A program made the position numbers and the translations under genes. From NCBI GenBank assembly GCA_964409875.1, contig CAYPEN010000001.1, positions 198,637 through 262,636 on the forward strand: a DNA stretch of 64,000 nucleotides, in the 5' to 3' direction. Origin of the DNA: an uncultured Gammaproteobacteria bacterium (GTDB lineage: Bacteria > Patescibacteriota > Microgenomatia > Levybacterales > GWA1-39-11). The notes beneath the pieces are model-generated. The model worked only from the letters and a program-made list of their open reading frames with translations. It was not told the DNA's origin and ran no database searches. Positions 27,727 to 37,572 of this stretch are shown in pieces (position 1 is the stretch's first letter; each line of letters opens with the position of its first letter).

Positions 27727-28932
27727 CTATTGGAAACCGAATTTTATGAAAGTACATGACCTTTCCAAAATCTTAGTCGGCCTGAAGGTCCCAAGCTTTA
27801 GCTGGTCGCCTTTAGACTGAGGTTTTGGGGTAGCAGTTGGGGACTCAGCAACAGGGGCAGGGGTTGTTTTACTTCCGGCAAAAAGTCCTGCAAAGAAGCC
27901 GTAAATTTTATCAAGAAGTGAGGGATTTTGAGTAGATGCTCCCATCACCGCATTGTTGGTTGGGGCAAAAAGTGCGACAGCTTTTCTGGAACAGTTCAGT
28001 TTTGCTTGAATGCGGTAGGTAGCAGTTGTGTCCAGATTTGAGGCAAGTGTCAGGTCCCAGCTGGCTTTGTAGCGTGTTAGCGCCGGCTGGTCGGAAACGA
28101 CGGTTGTTGCTATGGGTTGGGATTGGTCGATGATAGTGACATTCTGGTCATTTCCTTTGTAAAGGAAGAATGTCATATTGGGAATTTTTGCGTATTTTGT
28201 GTCATCGCCCATAACTTTTCCATACGCGGTAATGGTCGATTTTTGGCCGAGCGCAAGGCTGGTGTTCTCGATACCGTCGCATTTACACATATCCTCAGAA
28301 AACGGAGGGGTTGGGGTAGGGGTAAGTGTTGGCGTTGCTGTCGGTTGAGGGGTAGCGGTAGGGGTTGCTGTTGGAGCGGCTTCACATTTTTTGCTTGCGG
28401 GGTTGCAGTAATTGCAACCGACAATATTTTGGCAGACATTTGCATTTTGAGAGCAATCCGCACCACAAACAGGCGCAGGGGTAGGGGTGGCAGTTGCCGT
28501 GGGTTGAGGTGCCTGACATATTTTTTGTCCCCCTGATGATGCCTTACAAGACGAACAATTCTGAGGACACTGTGCATCACTATTGCACGAAGCACCACAA
28601 ACAGGTTCAGGAGGATTGTTGATGGTTGGTGGTTCATACTGAGGAATTTCGATAGGGGGAATATTCGCCGGCGGTACATATGATGGGGGTGTTACTACCT
28701 CATTTCCATTCGAACAAACCCAGTGGGAAGTTCCATCAGGGTCAGTCCATTTATAAATGTTGTCTCCCGGCCCATGTCCTGTGGGATCATCAACGTGACC
28801 AACCGTTGCCGTATCTGGTATATCAATCGGTTGACCGTCATGCCCAATTACAGGGTCGATTGCAAGTGCTCTTGGAGCATGTGAGAAAAATAAAAATGAC
28901 AACAGCACTAATATTAGTATTTTTATTTTCAT
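27727..28932 (-). CDS. secreted Cys-rich protein with Thr-Pro-Ala linkers
   Basis: Signal peptide MKIKILILVLLSFLFFSHAPRALA, multiple CxxC-type Cys clusters, and (TPTA)n linkers. Confidence 0.5.
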   Translation of the reverse strand: MKIKILILVLLSFLFFSHAPRALAIDPVIGHDGQPIDIPDTATVGHVDDPTGHGPGDNIYKWTDPDGTSHWVCSNGNEVVTPPSYVPPANIPPIEIPQYEPPTINNPPEPVCGASCNSDAQCPQNCSSCKASSGGQKICQAPQPTATATPTPAPVCGADCSQNANVCQNIVGCNYCNPASKKCEAAPTATPTATPQPTATPTLTPTPTPPFSEDMCKCDGIENTSLALGQKSTITAYGKVMGDDTKYAKIPNMTFFLYKGNDQNVTIIDQSQPIATTVVSDQPALTRYKASWDLTLASNLDTTATYRIQAKLNCSRKAVALFAPTNNAVMGASTQNPSLLDKIYGFFAGLFAGSKTTPAPVAESPTATPKPQSKGDQLKLGTFRPTKILERSCTFIKFGFQ

Positions 28933-30263
28933 GAATTAATAAAACCGACAAATTTAGGATCAGTTGCAACAAATTTAAAATATCCCAGTTTTATGTCAGT
29001 GCGAAGAAGCGTTTTATAGGCAGAATTCAAAGCAATAGCTTCTCTGAGACTTATGATGGTGTTTGGAACATCTTTTGTCAAGGAATAATCTTGTGCGAGT
29101 TCGTAATACATCTTAGATTTTCTTGAGTTTTTTTGTGAAACACCGACGATAGTGTTATCTGTATCGGCTCGTATTATAGCCTCTTTTTGCAGTGATATTG
29201 CGGTCGTATATTGTTGTCTTGCACGCATTGATACTCCAAGGAGCATATAGTTAAGCGATATCCTAGGATTTTGTTTTATCGCTTTTGTAAGATTTTCAAT
29301 GCCTTTCTTATAGGTATCATTGCTATAAGTAAGCATAAATCCATATATACCCAATGCATGAGAGTAGGTAGGATCAAGTTTTACAGCAGCTTGTGAATAT
29401 TCCAAAGCCTGCTGCTTATGACCTTGTCCAATTTCGGCCATAGCTGCTGCAGTAAGTGCTTGTGACCGCAATTTAATGGTTGTTCTTTTGCTTTTTGCTG
29501 CGAGCACATAATTTTCTATTGCCAATGCGGGTTTTCCTTCCTCCTCAAATTGTGCTCCTCTTATCATTAAAATTATGGGAGACTCCGGGTCGAGCGCATA
29601 GGACTTATCATACGCTTCCTTTGATTCAGCTTTTTTATCTAAGAACGCAAGGGTATGTCCTTTATGAAAGTAGGCCTCAGCAGTAGGTTTGATAGCAAGT
29701 GCTTTCCCATAATAAGATAACGCCTTTTCGTATTCACCTGCAGTTTCATGTGCATATCCAACTGCAAGTAGAACGTCGGGATTATTTGAACCCACTTTTA
29801 ATGCCTTTTCGATAAGCGCCTTGTTTTGCTCAAATGTTTGTTTTTCTGTTCCGTTGGAATTTGCCAGGCTCGAAGATGAATCAAGTGCAATTCTTAAAAG
29901 GGTCGGGTCGTCAGGGTATTTTGCGAGTCCTTCTTTTGCAAGAGAATAGGACTTTTCATAATTACCTTCTTTGTACCGGTTATACGCATTGTATGCATAT
30001 GAAACGTTCTTATTGCCAGGAAGGAAGAGGTAATAGGATAAAAGAATGAGAATAAAAAGAAGAGTAACTCCCAGACCTGCAAATATAAGAATCTTCTTGC
30101 TCTTTTTTTGTGGTATAGGTGGCATTGAATCTTTTTCTACAGGTGTTACTGGTGAATTAGCAGTTACAACGGAGTTATGGTTCTCTTCCATGTATTTATC
30201 GTATGTTTGAATTGAGGCGTTGTCAAGCAACCTCTTGATTATCGTGCAATCATTCGGTTGCAC
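28929..30263 (-). CDS. membrane-anchored TPR-repeat protein
   Basis: TM segment followed by multiple TPR-like repeats (…AYNRYKEGNYEKSYSLAKEGLAKYPDD…). Confidence 0.6.
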   Translation of the reverse strand: MQPNDCTIIKRLLDNASIQTYDKYMEENHNSVVTANSPVTPVEKDSMPPIPQKKSKKILIFAGLGVTLLFILILLSYYLFLPGNKNVSYAYNAYNRYKEGNYEKSYSLAKEGLAKYPDDPTLLRIALDSSSSLANSNGTEKQTFEQNKALIEKALKVGSNNPDVLLAVGYAHETAGEYEKALSYYGKALAIKPTAEAYFHKGHTLAFLDKKAESKEAYDKSYALDPESPIILMIRGAQFEEEGKPALAIENYVLAAKSKRTTIKLRSQALTAAAMAEIGQGHKQQALEYSQAAVKLDPTYSHALGIYGFMLTYSNDTYKKGIENLTKAIKQNPRISLNYMLLGVSMRARQQYTTAISLQKEAIIRADTDNTIVGVSQKNSRKSKMYYELAQDYSLTKDVPNTIISLREAIALNSAYKTLLRTDIKLGYFKFVATDPKFVGFINS

Positions 30264-30341
30264 AGCAACCTCTTGATTGTAAGAAGCTTGGTGTGTATTA
30301 TGTATGCATCCTGTAATAGTTCTATTAGAAAGGAGATTGCT

Positions 30342-30872
30342 ATGGTAAGAATAAGAACATCCGAATTCAAAAATTTTGTACTACACAACGGACTATTCAC
30401 TATTTCAGTGAGCCACAAGCGGCATAACACTCATCTCATAATGTCTTTACATACTAATGTTGTGAATACGAAATATCTTCCTATGACAAAAGCATTGTTA
30501 AGACACTATGTGCCGTCTGTTTTTTATTCGAAATGTTTCAATTATGATAATGCACCGTTTCTCATAGAGTCACAACAAACGGAAATTGGTCACCTCTTTG
30601 AACACATTTTGCTTGAATTCTTGTGTCATTTGAAAAGTCATAGGGGAATCAAAAATCCGGTGCATAACGGAGTAACGAGTTGGAACTGGGTGAAGGAGAA
30701 AAAAGGAACATTTAGGATTACCATTGATGTAGGGGACAGCGAGCGTGACATTTTCTTCTTGGCTTTACAGAAAAGTATAGAAATAACTAATAAAATTCTT
30801 TCTTCCCAAGCTGCCTTCCAGCCTCAAAATAACATCCCTATCGAGAGCCTGAATGACTCCCGAATAGGTTAA
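30342..30872 (+). CDS. hypothetical protein
   Basis: ORF 30258-30872. Start chosen at MVRIRTSEF to avoid overlap with the divergent TPR gene. Confidence 0.3.
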   Translation: MVRIRTSEFKNFVLHNGLFTISVSHKRHNTHLIMSLHTNVVNTKYLPMTKALLRHYVPSVFYSKCFNYDNAPFLIESQQTEIGHLFEHILLEFLCHLKSHRGIKNPVHNGVTSWNWVKEKKGTFRITIDVGDSERDIFFLALQKSIEITNKILSSQAAFQPQNNIPIESLNDSRIG

Positions 30873-30874
30873 AA

Positions 30875-31018
30875 TCACCTGTTTCTGCCGCGGTTGCCGG
30901 TTCTATTGCCTGATGATTGGCTACCCGCCATAGCATGTCCTTCAGAGTCCCCGTGCCATCCACGTCCCGGTCCTTTGCTGCTTTGGCCGCCTTTTCTCCC
31001 TCGCTGATTCTGTGGCAT
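30875..31018 (-). CDS. KGG-repeat small stress protein (YciG-like), 47 aa
   Basis: Translated by hand: MPQNQRGRKGGQSSKGPGRGWHGDSEGHAMAGSQSSGNRTGNRGRNR. AAGGAGGTGA lies 5 nt upstream of the ATG. Below the 60-aa ORF-track cutoff. Confidence 0.65.
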   Translation of the reverse strand: MPQNQRGRKGGQSSKGPGRGWHGDSEGHAMAGSQSSGNRTGNRGRNR

Positions 31019-31083
31019 ATTGTTCACCTCCTTCTTTTATCCTCATATAAATTCGTACAGGGATTTTGTCCCTGCACCAGGTT

Positions 31084-31233
31084 TTTAGCTTTGAGACTGT
31101 TGTCCGCCAGTGTCATTGTCATCTTGTGACTCCGATGTCTGGCCGCTCGATTGTCCCCCTTTTGTACCAGTGTCATTAAGATCCTCATTTGTCAGACCTT
31201 CCACGTCATCGTCTGTTGTGTAGTCCATATCAT
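31084..31233 (-). CDS. KGG-repeat small protein (YciG-like), ~49 aa, start ambiguous
   Basis: Frame containing …GTKGGQSSGQTSESQDDNDTGGQQSQS*. The best-positioned ATG (31238-31240) after AAGGGGGTGA is out of frame and hits a stop after 18 codons. The in-frame ATG is at 31231-31233. This may be a frameshift or a poorly spaced start. Confidence 0.45.
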
Positions 31234-31334
31234 TTGCCATATTTTTTCACCCCCTTTTTATACCTGCTTTATAAATTCTGTATAAACGGGAGGAGACTTT
31301 GTATACTTTCTCCCATTTATACGGTTTGAGGAAA

Positions 31335-31487
31335 TTAGTGTTGTCCTCCTTTTTTGCCGGCTTCGCTTGCTTTCTCGCGGTCATTTTTGAAATTTCCACC
31401 GCTTGCTTGTCCGCCTTTACTTGCTATTTCGCGTTGTTTGTCCTCGTCCATTGAGGCAAACCCTCTTTTGCTTTTATTGTCTGCCAT
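31335..31487 (-). CDS. KGG-repeat general stress protein (YciG/YmdF-like), 50 aa
   Basis: Hand translation: MADNKSKRGFASMDEDKQREIASKGGQASGGNFKNDREKASEAGKKGGQH. It matches the E. coli YciG repeat GGNFKND(P/R)E(R/K)ASEAGKKGGQ (from memory). GGAGGTGAGAAAAT precedes the ATG. Confidence 0.7.
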   Translation of the reverse strand: MADNKSKRGFASMDEDKQREIASKGGQASGGNFKNDREKASEAGKKGGQH

Positions 31488-31628
31488 ATTTTCTCACCTC
31501 CATTCTTATCACAAACACCATTCAACCATTCGCTTGTAAGTATTCAATAAAAGTGGTGTAGGGTTTAGGGTATAGCAGAATAAAAATTTCTTGACAGCAA
31601 CATACAGATTCATCTACACTGTGAACAG

Positions 31629-33335
31629 ATGAAAGGGGTTCTCCTCAAGTCAGCTTTTTTTTCGCTATTTGCAGGCTTTCTTTTAATTTGTGCAATGTCC
31701 TCACTGGGTTCTGTGTCGGCTCAGAAGTTGAATAAGACTCTAAGACCCCGTGCGAATCGATTTTTCAAAAACGCATGCTCAGTTCCCATTAATGGATTTG
31801 CCCATTGTCATGCAAAGTTATTGACCGAAAACGATTCTATTTCTCCTTTTGCAGGAAACGCACCAGCCGCAACGAGTATGGGGCCACAACAGCTTCATGG
31901 TGCGTATCAACTTCCTTGCACCCCCGGAGGAGCGGTTTCCGGAGCATGCCCCGCGCCTCAAGCATTTGGACCGCAAACTATTGCCATCATCGACGCGTAC
32001 CATTATCCAACCGTTGAACAGGATTTGGTCGCATACAGCAACCAATTCGGTATTCCTCCCTGCACAAAGGCAAACGGTTGTCTTCAAGTCCTTAACCAAA
32101 ACGGCGGAACCAGTCTTCCTGTTACGGTTAATTCCGGATGGGCTTTGGAAGCGGCTCTTGACGTTCAGGCTGCGCATGCGATTTGTCAAACGTGCAAAAT
32201 TATACTTTTTGAGGCTAACTCAGCAACATACAATGACCTCACGGCAGCAGTCAACACCGCGGCTTCGATGAATGTCACTGCAATTTCAAACAGCTACGGT
32301 TCAAGCGAGTGGAGCGGGCAAACATTTTATGATGCTTTTTATAACCATCCGGGGATAGCAGTTACGGTTTCATCAGGTGACTCAGGATATGCCGCAGGCG
32401 CCCAGTATCCTGCCTCAAGCCCGAATGTCGTGGCTGTCGGTGGAACGACACTTCAGGTATTTTCCGATAACACATACGCCTCAGAATCGGTATGGAATGG
32501 GGCGGGGAGTGGCTGTAGTGGTTATGAGTCCGCATTGCCATTACAAACAGCATTATCTAATTGGGGAAGCACGGGATGCGCAAGGCGTGCTGTCGCAGAC
32601 GTTGCAGCCGTTGCCGACCCGAATACGGGAGCTGCTGTCTATACGACAACTCCCTACAGCGGGCAAACCGGGTGGTTTCAGGTCGGTGGGACAAGTCTTG
32701 CCTCACCCATTGTTGCCGGAGTTTTTGCGCTTACCGGTTTAATTTCTCCCGTTCAAGCAAATACCATTCCATATAGCAATTATTCACCTCTGTCGTTTCA
32801 TGATGTTACAACTGGCAACAACGGAAGTTGTGCGACGGCTCTTTGCAATGGAGGCGTGGGATTTGACGGACCGACTGGGCTAGGGAGCCCGAATGGACTT
32901 GCAGGTTTTGGCGATTTGGCTTTGTCACCCACCCCGACTGCGACCCCAACACCAACAATTACAGTAACTCCCACGCCGACCGCAACACCAACCGCTACAC
33001 CGACTCCTACTGTCACACCGACGGCGACACCGACACCAACGCAAGCGCCGGGTGATACAACACCGCCGAGCGTTACAATCACAAGCCCTTCGAATGGCAG
33101 TTCGGTTTTTAGGAATTTCACCTATACGGTTCGCGCGAATGCAAGCGACAATGTGGGCGTCGCAAAAGTTGAATTTTATATCAATAATGTGCTTCGCTCA
33201 ACCGACACTACCAGCCCGTACACGTCCTCATGGAGAGTTCCGAACGTCAGAAATGCAACGTACACCATAACTGCCAAGGCCTACGACGCATCAGGAAATA
33301 AGTCTTCTGCTTCAGTTACCGTCAAGTCACTATAG
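31629..33335 (+). CDS. secreted S8/S53-family serine peptidase with Thr-Pro linker and C-terminal Ig-like domain
   Basis: Signal peptide, catalytic Ser motif GGTSLASPIVAG, a (TPTA)n linker, then a beta-rich C-terminal domain. Confidence 0.65.
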   Translation: MKGVLLKSAFFSLFAGFLLICAMSSLGSVSAQKLNKTLRPRANRFFKNACSVPINGFAHCHAKLLTENDSISPFAGNAPAATSMGPQQLHGAYQLPCTPGGAVSGACPAPQAFGPQTIAIIDAYHYPTVEQDLVAYSNQFGIPPCTKANGCLQVLNQNGGTSLPVTVNSGWALEAALDVQAAHAICQTCKIILFEANSATYNDLTAAVNTAASMNVTAISNSYGSSEWSGQTFYDAFYNHPGIAVTVSSGDSGYAAGAQYPASSPNVVAVGGTTLQVFSDNTYASESVWNGAGSGCSGYESALPLQTALSNWGSTGCARRAVADVAAVADPNTGAAVYTTTPYSGQTGWFQVGGTSLASPIVAGVFALTGLISPVQANTIPYSNYSPLSFHDVTTGNNGSCATALCNGGVGFDGPTGLGSPNGLAGFGDLALSPTPTATPTPTITVTPTPTATPTATPTPTVTPTATPTPTQAPGDTTPPSVTITSPSNGSSVFRNFTYTVRANASDNVGVAKVEFYINNVLRSTDTTSPYTSSWRVPNVRNATYTITAKAYDASGNKSSASVTVKSL

Positions 33336-34040
33336 CTATCTATCAAGAGGGTTTTGGAATTTTTTTGCTATTCCTTCCAGTGCATCGACACCTATTCCCC
33401 CCACCGTTCCGTCTTCAATAAGGGGGTCCATATTCCCCATGGTATAAAACGTTAAATGGGTACGAAGAAGGGAAGGGCGAGCGAGAGGGTCGACTCTTCT
33501 ATTTATTCTTCTTGTTCCCACATTTACTATCTCTTCTCCCATCTCTTCTATCCGGCCGTAAAGTTCTTCAGTTGTGAATGGAAACTCAAGCATTCCTCTT
33601 CTTGAAAATCCCCGAGGAAGGAGGGGATGTGTCACAAAATCGGTTAATGCTCCAAATGCAATATATACCCTGGAGAATGTTTCCGTTTCCTCATCCCCCG
33701 GGGAATCTTCCGAATAAGGTTTGTTATAACGTAGTAATTCATCGAGAGTATCGGGTGTTATTCTTCCCAAATTTCTCAACAAATCCATGTTGTTTAAAAA
33801 TCCTTTCCTGGCCATATAGACTAAAGAAAGTGCTTGATTGAGGAGCCAGCTCCTGTCGGCATCGGTAATTTGACCACCATAAAATTTATCGAGTATGGCG
33901 TCTGCCTTTCGTGCAACTTTAACGGGAGTATTATCCGGGTCCAGGTATTCTATTGACGGCTGAAATGGCCTGTCTTCATGAGGTGAAAATTCAAGCTCTA
34001 AATGTGGCATATGAAAGAGATTGTAGTAAACTCTCACCAA
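33336..34040 (-). CDS. hypothetical protein (234 aa)
   Basis: ORF only. Confidence 0.45.
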   Translation of the reverse strand: MVRVYYNLFHMPHLELEFSPHEDRPFQPSIEYLDPDNTPVKVARKADAILDKFYGGQITDADRSWLLNQALSLVYMARKGFLNNMDLLRNLGRITPDTLDELLRYNKPYSEDSPGDEETETFSRVYIAFGALTDFVTHPLLPRGFSRRGMLEFPFTTEELYGRIEEMGEEIVNVGTRRINRRVDPLARPSLLRTHLTFYTMGNMDPLIEDGTVGGIGVDALEGIAKKFQNPLDR

Positions 34041-34061
34041 ATTTCAAGAGACGAATTTACA

Positions 34062-35819
34062 TTAGAGTGTTCTCACATCAACTGACTTTTTTGCTTTTAT
34101 CAATTCAAAAAGCGCATTGGTTGCCGTACCGGGCAAATATTTTTTGGCTTTTTGAGCGGATAAAAGTGCGTCTTCCTGCTTGCCCTGGTCGTATTGGCTT
34201 TGGGCGAGAAATGAGTAAAGCACGCCATTTGCCGGATATCTGCCCGTTGCCTCTTTTAAAATTTTTTCAGCCTTTTCCGGGTTTTTATTGAACAAGTAGG
34301 TTCCGGCCAGCCGAAGATATGCACGGGAAATTGCGGCATCGGTACGCCGTGGATTGTCATAGAGGGCGATGGCTTTTTCGTAACTCTTACGGGCATTCAC
34401 AATATCGTTTAATTGCTCGTATATAAAACCTAAATTTGTGAGATTTTTGTCGTACTCGTAGAGCTCAACGGAACGTTTGGCATGAACAAGTGATTCGGGA
34501 AAACGCCTTTGATATAGAAGGAAAGAAGCGAGGTTGTTCTCAAGCTCGTAGTTACTATGCACTTTTATGTCATGAAGAAGAAGGGTCGTGTCATCGTGCC
34601 AATCTGAGTTTCTAATAATGCTTCTAAGAGACAATAGAACAAGAAGTGTGACAACAACGGTTATGAATATTGTTTGTTTCAAAACATTTTTTGGCAGAAG
34701 CGTAACTGCTATTCCCAAAAGCCCCAGGAGGCCAACATAAGGAAAGTAAAACCACCGGTCAGCAACGGTCATATCCAGTGGCAATAGCTGTAAATGGATG
34801 AAGATGCCCGACAAAAACCACAAGAGAAAAAAGAAGTAGAGCATTACACTTTTTTTCCTTTTGAAAAGAACATAACCAAGATACCCAATTGCCAGGAGAA
34901 AAAGCATATCGATGAAAAGAGGAAAGTAGAAAGATTGAAGATTCAAGCTTTTCACTACCCAGACTTGGTCGATTGCCAGATCTCTTGGGAAAACCAATGT
35001 TTTAAGATAGTAAAAAAAGACCGCCGGGATGTTTAACAAGCGTTCTATAAATGGCAGATGGATGATGGGGGTAACGGCCCTGACATTTTTTTCAGTCAAC
35101 CCCACGCCCCCGACAAAAAAACGTATGAAAATATAAACGAGGGTTGTTACTCCTGCCGTTGAGAATATTTTCCAAAAAAATCTCCTCTCAAAAAGATACA
35201 CAAACCCCACCGCTCCAACAACAAACCCGGCCCCTGTTTCTTTTGTCAGAAGGCAAAGTAAAAGTAGAAGAAAAATCAAAGCGTAGGAATACGCCTTTTC
35301 CAATAATTTTTTGGACGAAACAATAAGAAGCGTTGTTATTCCAAAAATAAAAAAGAGAGGGCTGACCGTCGCACCGATAAATGAAACCGATTCAACTTGG
35401 ATTGGGTGGATGAGAAAAAGAAGTGAAAGGACAAATGAAATCCCTTTTTTAAAAAACTTTTTCAAGAAAATAAATAAAAGAACGGTGTTAGTTATGTGAA
35501 GAGAAAGTTGGACAAGGTGGTAAAAAAAAGCGTTATCGGTAAAAACAGAGTGAAGCAGCGCAAAGTAAATAGCAGAAAAAGCCCGGTACTGGGTGCCGTG
35601 ATTGAAAAAGCTTGGGCGGAATAATGAAAGAATATCAAGAGTATGTATCTCAGGGTTGTAGAGGATATATGACAAATCGTCCCATGCAAAAGAATTTATG
35701 AGCATATTGGCAAATACCAAAAAGCCTATTATGGCAAGAAAAACTACCGCTTTTTTTGTCGTGAATGGGATGAAATACCGCTTAAAAAAATAATCTTCCT
35801 CATCTTTCATAACTATCAT
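34062..35819 (-). CDS. multi-pass membrane protein, PMT/ArnT-like glycosyltransferase with C-terminal TPR repeats (putative)
   Basis: About 10 TM segments in the N-terminal two-thirds, then TPR-like repeats. Start chosen at MIVMKDEED. Confidence 0.45.
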   Translation of the reverse strand: MIVMKDEEDYFFKRYFIPFTTKKAVVFLAIIGFLVFANMLINSFAWDDLSYILYNPEIHTLDILSLFRPSFFNHGTQYRAFSAIYFALLHSVFTDNAFFYHLVQLSLHITNTVLLFIFLKKFFKKGISFVLSLLFLIHPIQVESVSFIGATVSPLFFIFGITTLLIVSSKKLLEKAYSYALIFLLLLLCLLTKETGAGFVVGAVGFVYLFERRFFWKIFSTAGVTTLVYIFIRFFVGGVGLTEKNVRAVTPIIHLPFIERLLNIPAVFFYYLKTLVFPRDLAIDQVWVVKSLNLQSFYFPLFIDMLFLLAIGYLGYVLFKRKKSVMLYFFFLLWFLSGIFIHLQLLPLDMTVADRWFYFPYVGLLGLLGIAVTLLPKNVLKQTIFITVVVTLLVLLSLRSIIRNSDWHDDTTLLLHDIKVHSNYELENNLASFLLYQRRFPESLVHAKRSVELYEYDKNLTNLGFIYEQLNDIVNARKSYEKAIALYDNPRRTDAAISRAYLRLAGTYLFNKNPEKAEKILKEATGRYPANGVLYSFLAQSQYDQGKQEDALLSAQKAKKYLPGTATNALFELIKAKKSVDVRTL

Positions 35820-35908
35820 AATACCACGACAAAAGAGGAAGAATTGACATTTGTTTTTTGTAGGTTTACGGTAATGGTATGACGTATTTGTCGCAGAGCT
35901 CCGAGTCG

Positions 35909-36352
35909 ATGGCGTTTCTTCGAAGTAAAAAGCTTGCGGTTGTCTCAACTGTTTCAAAGACAGGGCTAGCCATGGGGGCAACGGTGTATTATGTTATGGA
36001 TGACAAATTCAATATCTATTTTACGACGAAAGCATTTACGAGAAAACACGAGAACATTCAGCACAACCCCAATGTAGCTGTAGTAGTGGGAACCGAAAAC
36101 GAGCCGGTAACTGCCCAAATCCAAGGAGTTGCAACGCGTATAACAGACGTAGCGCAAGCGCAATGGGTGATGGGGGAGATGAAGAGAATTTTTGAGAACA
36201 ATAGTTATGTTGCGCCGCTTTTTCAGATGTCTCCCGACATAAATAATGAGGTAGTTTTTTACAAAATCACCCCGAATTGGATACGCTTCCTGGACCTCCG
36301 GGGAGAAAAGGTGGATGGTGATTTCGTTCAGGTGCTTCCCGCTCAAGGATAG
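35909..36352 (+). CDS. pyridoxamine 5'-phosphate oxidase-like FMN-binding split-barrel protein (putative)
   Basis: …LAVVSTVSKTGLAMGATVYYVMDDKFNIYFTT…HNPNVAVVV… pattern. Start chosen at MAFLRSKK. Confidence 0.5.
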   Translation: MAFLRSKKLAVVSTVSKTGLAMGATVYYVMDDKFNIYFTTKAFTRKHENIQHNPNVAVVVGTENEPVTAQIQGVATRITDVAQAQWVMGEMKRIFENNSYVAPLFQMSPDINNEVVFYKITPNWIRFLDLRGEKVDGDFVQVLPAQG

Positions 36353-36402
36353 GTATAAGAAAAACTTCTTTTTAATATTTTTTTGTGTTGTTATACTGAG
36401 GT

Positions 36403-37539
36403 ATGGATGAATTCTCCCCTGAAATACAGTCCGGCAGAAGAATTGTAAAAAGGCCGAATGCCCGTAATGTTGTTGGTGCAAAACGGCCGTCTGCTGTGTC
36501 ACAATTTGCCGGTAAAGCAGTACCTGCTGCACTCGTAGCACTTGGAGCCGTTGCAGGAGGGAGGGCGGTTGTTAACGAAATAGGGGCTGCGGTCAGCAGT
36601 GTTGGCGAAGAAGGCGTGCATGCTGCCTTATTGCCACAAGAGGCACATGCAATGGATGAACAGTCTCAATTAACCGCAGAAAAAAATAATGAAACTCACC
36701 CCCTTTTTGATACGATGTTCCATGACCTTGACCCCAACCAGAGAGCCCATGCTCAAGGAGAAGTCGAGAAATACAAGAATAGGGTTTTGACAAAACAGGG
36801 ATATGAGCATGAGCATCTGGCAATCCCCATCCAGTACGAAGAAGTCATCTCCCACACAGCTGATGCATACGGCATTTCAAAAGACACATTAATGGGTTTA
36901 ATTGGAACTGAGAATGGGGGAGGGACAGATATAACCAATGGAAGATCCGGGGCAAGGGGGGTTGCACAATTTATGGTCGATACTGCCGGGCAGTATGGAT
37001 TGAGCGTAAGTGATCAAGCCGATCAGCGTACGGATCCTGTTCTAAGTATTGATGCGGCAGGAAGGTATCTGCGCGACCACAAAGCTCTTCTTGGAGGAGA
37101 TGAGGGTTTGGCAGTGTGGTCATACCATGCCGGCATTGGTAATGTTTACAAGGCTCTGAGGATTTATTTTATGGATACAAATGGTAAGGATATATTTTTA
37201 GCTCCAAATGGGAAGGACATAATAAATTATGGCCAGGCAGTGACAAATAATGCAGTTATGAGGGAAAAAATAGAAAATGACGTAAATCAGCTTATAAAAC
37301 AAGATAAATTGGATGTTGAAAAACTATTTTCAAATGAAAAAGTTCAAGAATTTCTTGCAACACTTCAGGATTATTCCGAATCATATCCGTATACGGTTGT
37401 GGCAATTGCAAAAATTATAAAAGATTATCAAGCTCAAAATGGCCTTCAGGGTGGAGGGCTTGAGGGGCACACAGCTGATTTAGGTAACGGGCTGAAAATA
37501 AAAGTTGCACCAATTCCAGGAATTGCCATGAGAGAGTAA
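36403..37539 (+). CDS. lytic transglycosylase (SLT domain) protein
   Basis: …GTENGGG…GARGVAQFMVDTAGQYGL… matches the SLT catalytic-region pattern. Confidence 0.6.
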   Translation: MDEFSPEIQSGRRIVKRPNARNVVGAKRPSAVSQFAGKAVPAALVALGAVAGGRAVVNEIGAAVSSVGEEGVHAALLPQEAHAMDEQSQLTAEKNNETHPLFDTMFHDLDPNQRAHAQGEVEKYKNRVLTKQGYEHEHLAIPIQYEEVISHTADAYGISKDTLMGLIGTENGGGTDITNGRSGARGVAQFMVDTAGQYGLSVSDQADQRTDPVLSIDAAGRYLRDHKALLGGDEGLAVWSYHAGIGNVYKALRIYFMDTNGKDIFLAPNGKDIINYGQAVTNNAVMREKIENDVNQLIKQDKLDVEKLFSNEKVQEFLATLQDYSESYPYTVVAIAKIIKDYQAQNGLQGGGLEGHTADLGNGLKIKVAPIPGIAMRE

Positions 37540-37572
37540 CTTTGCTGGCAATACATTGTGTTCAACGCATGA

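Noticed and set aside
30917-31539. Plus-strand ORFs 30917-31129 and 31354-31539
   Set aside because: They are antisense to the three KGG-repeat minigenes, which have strong SD sites and a known-family match.
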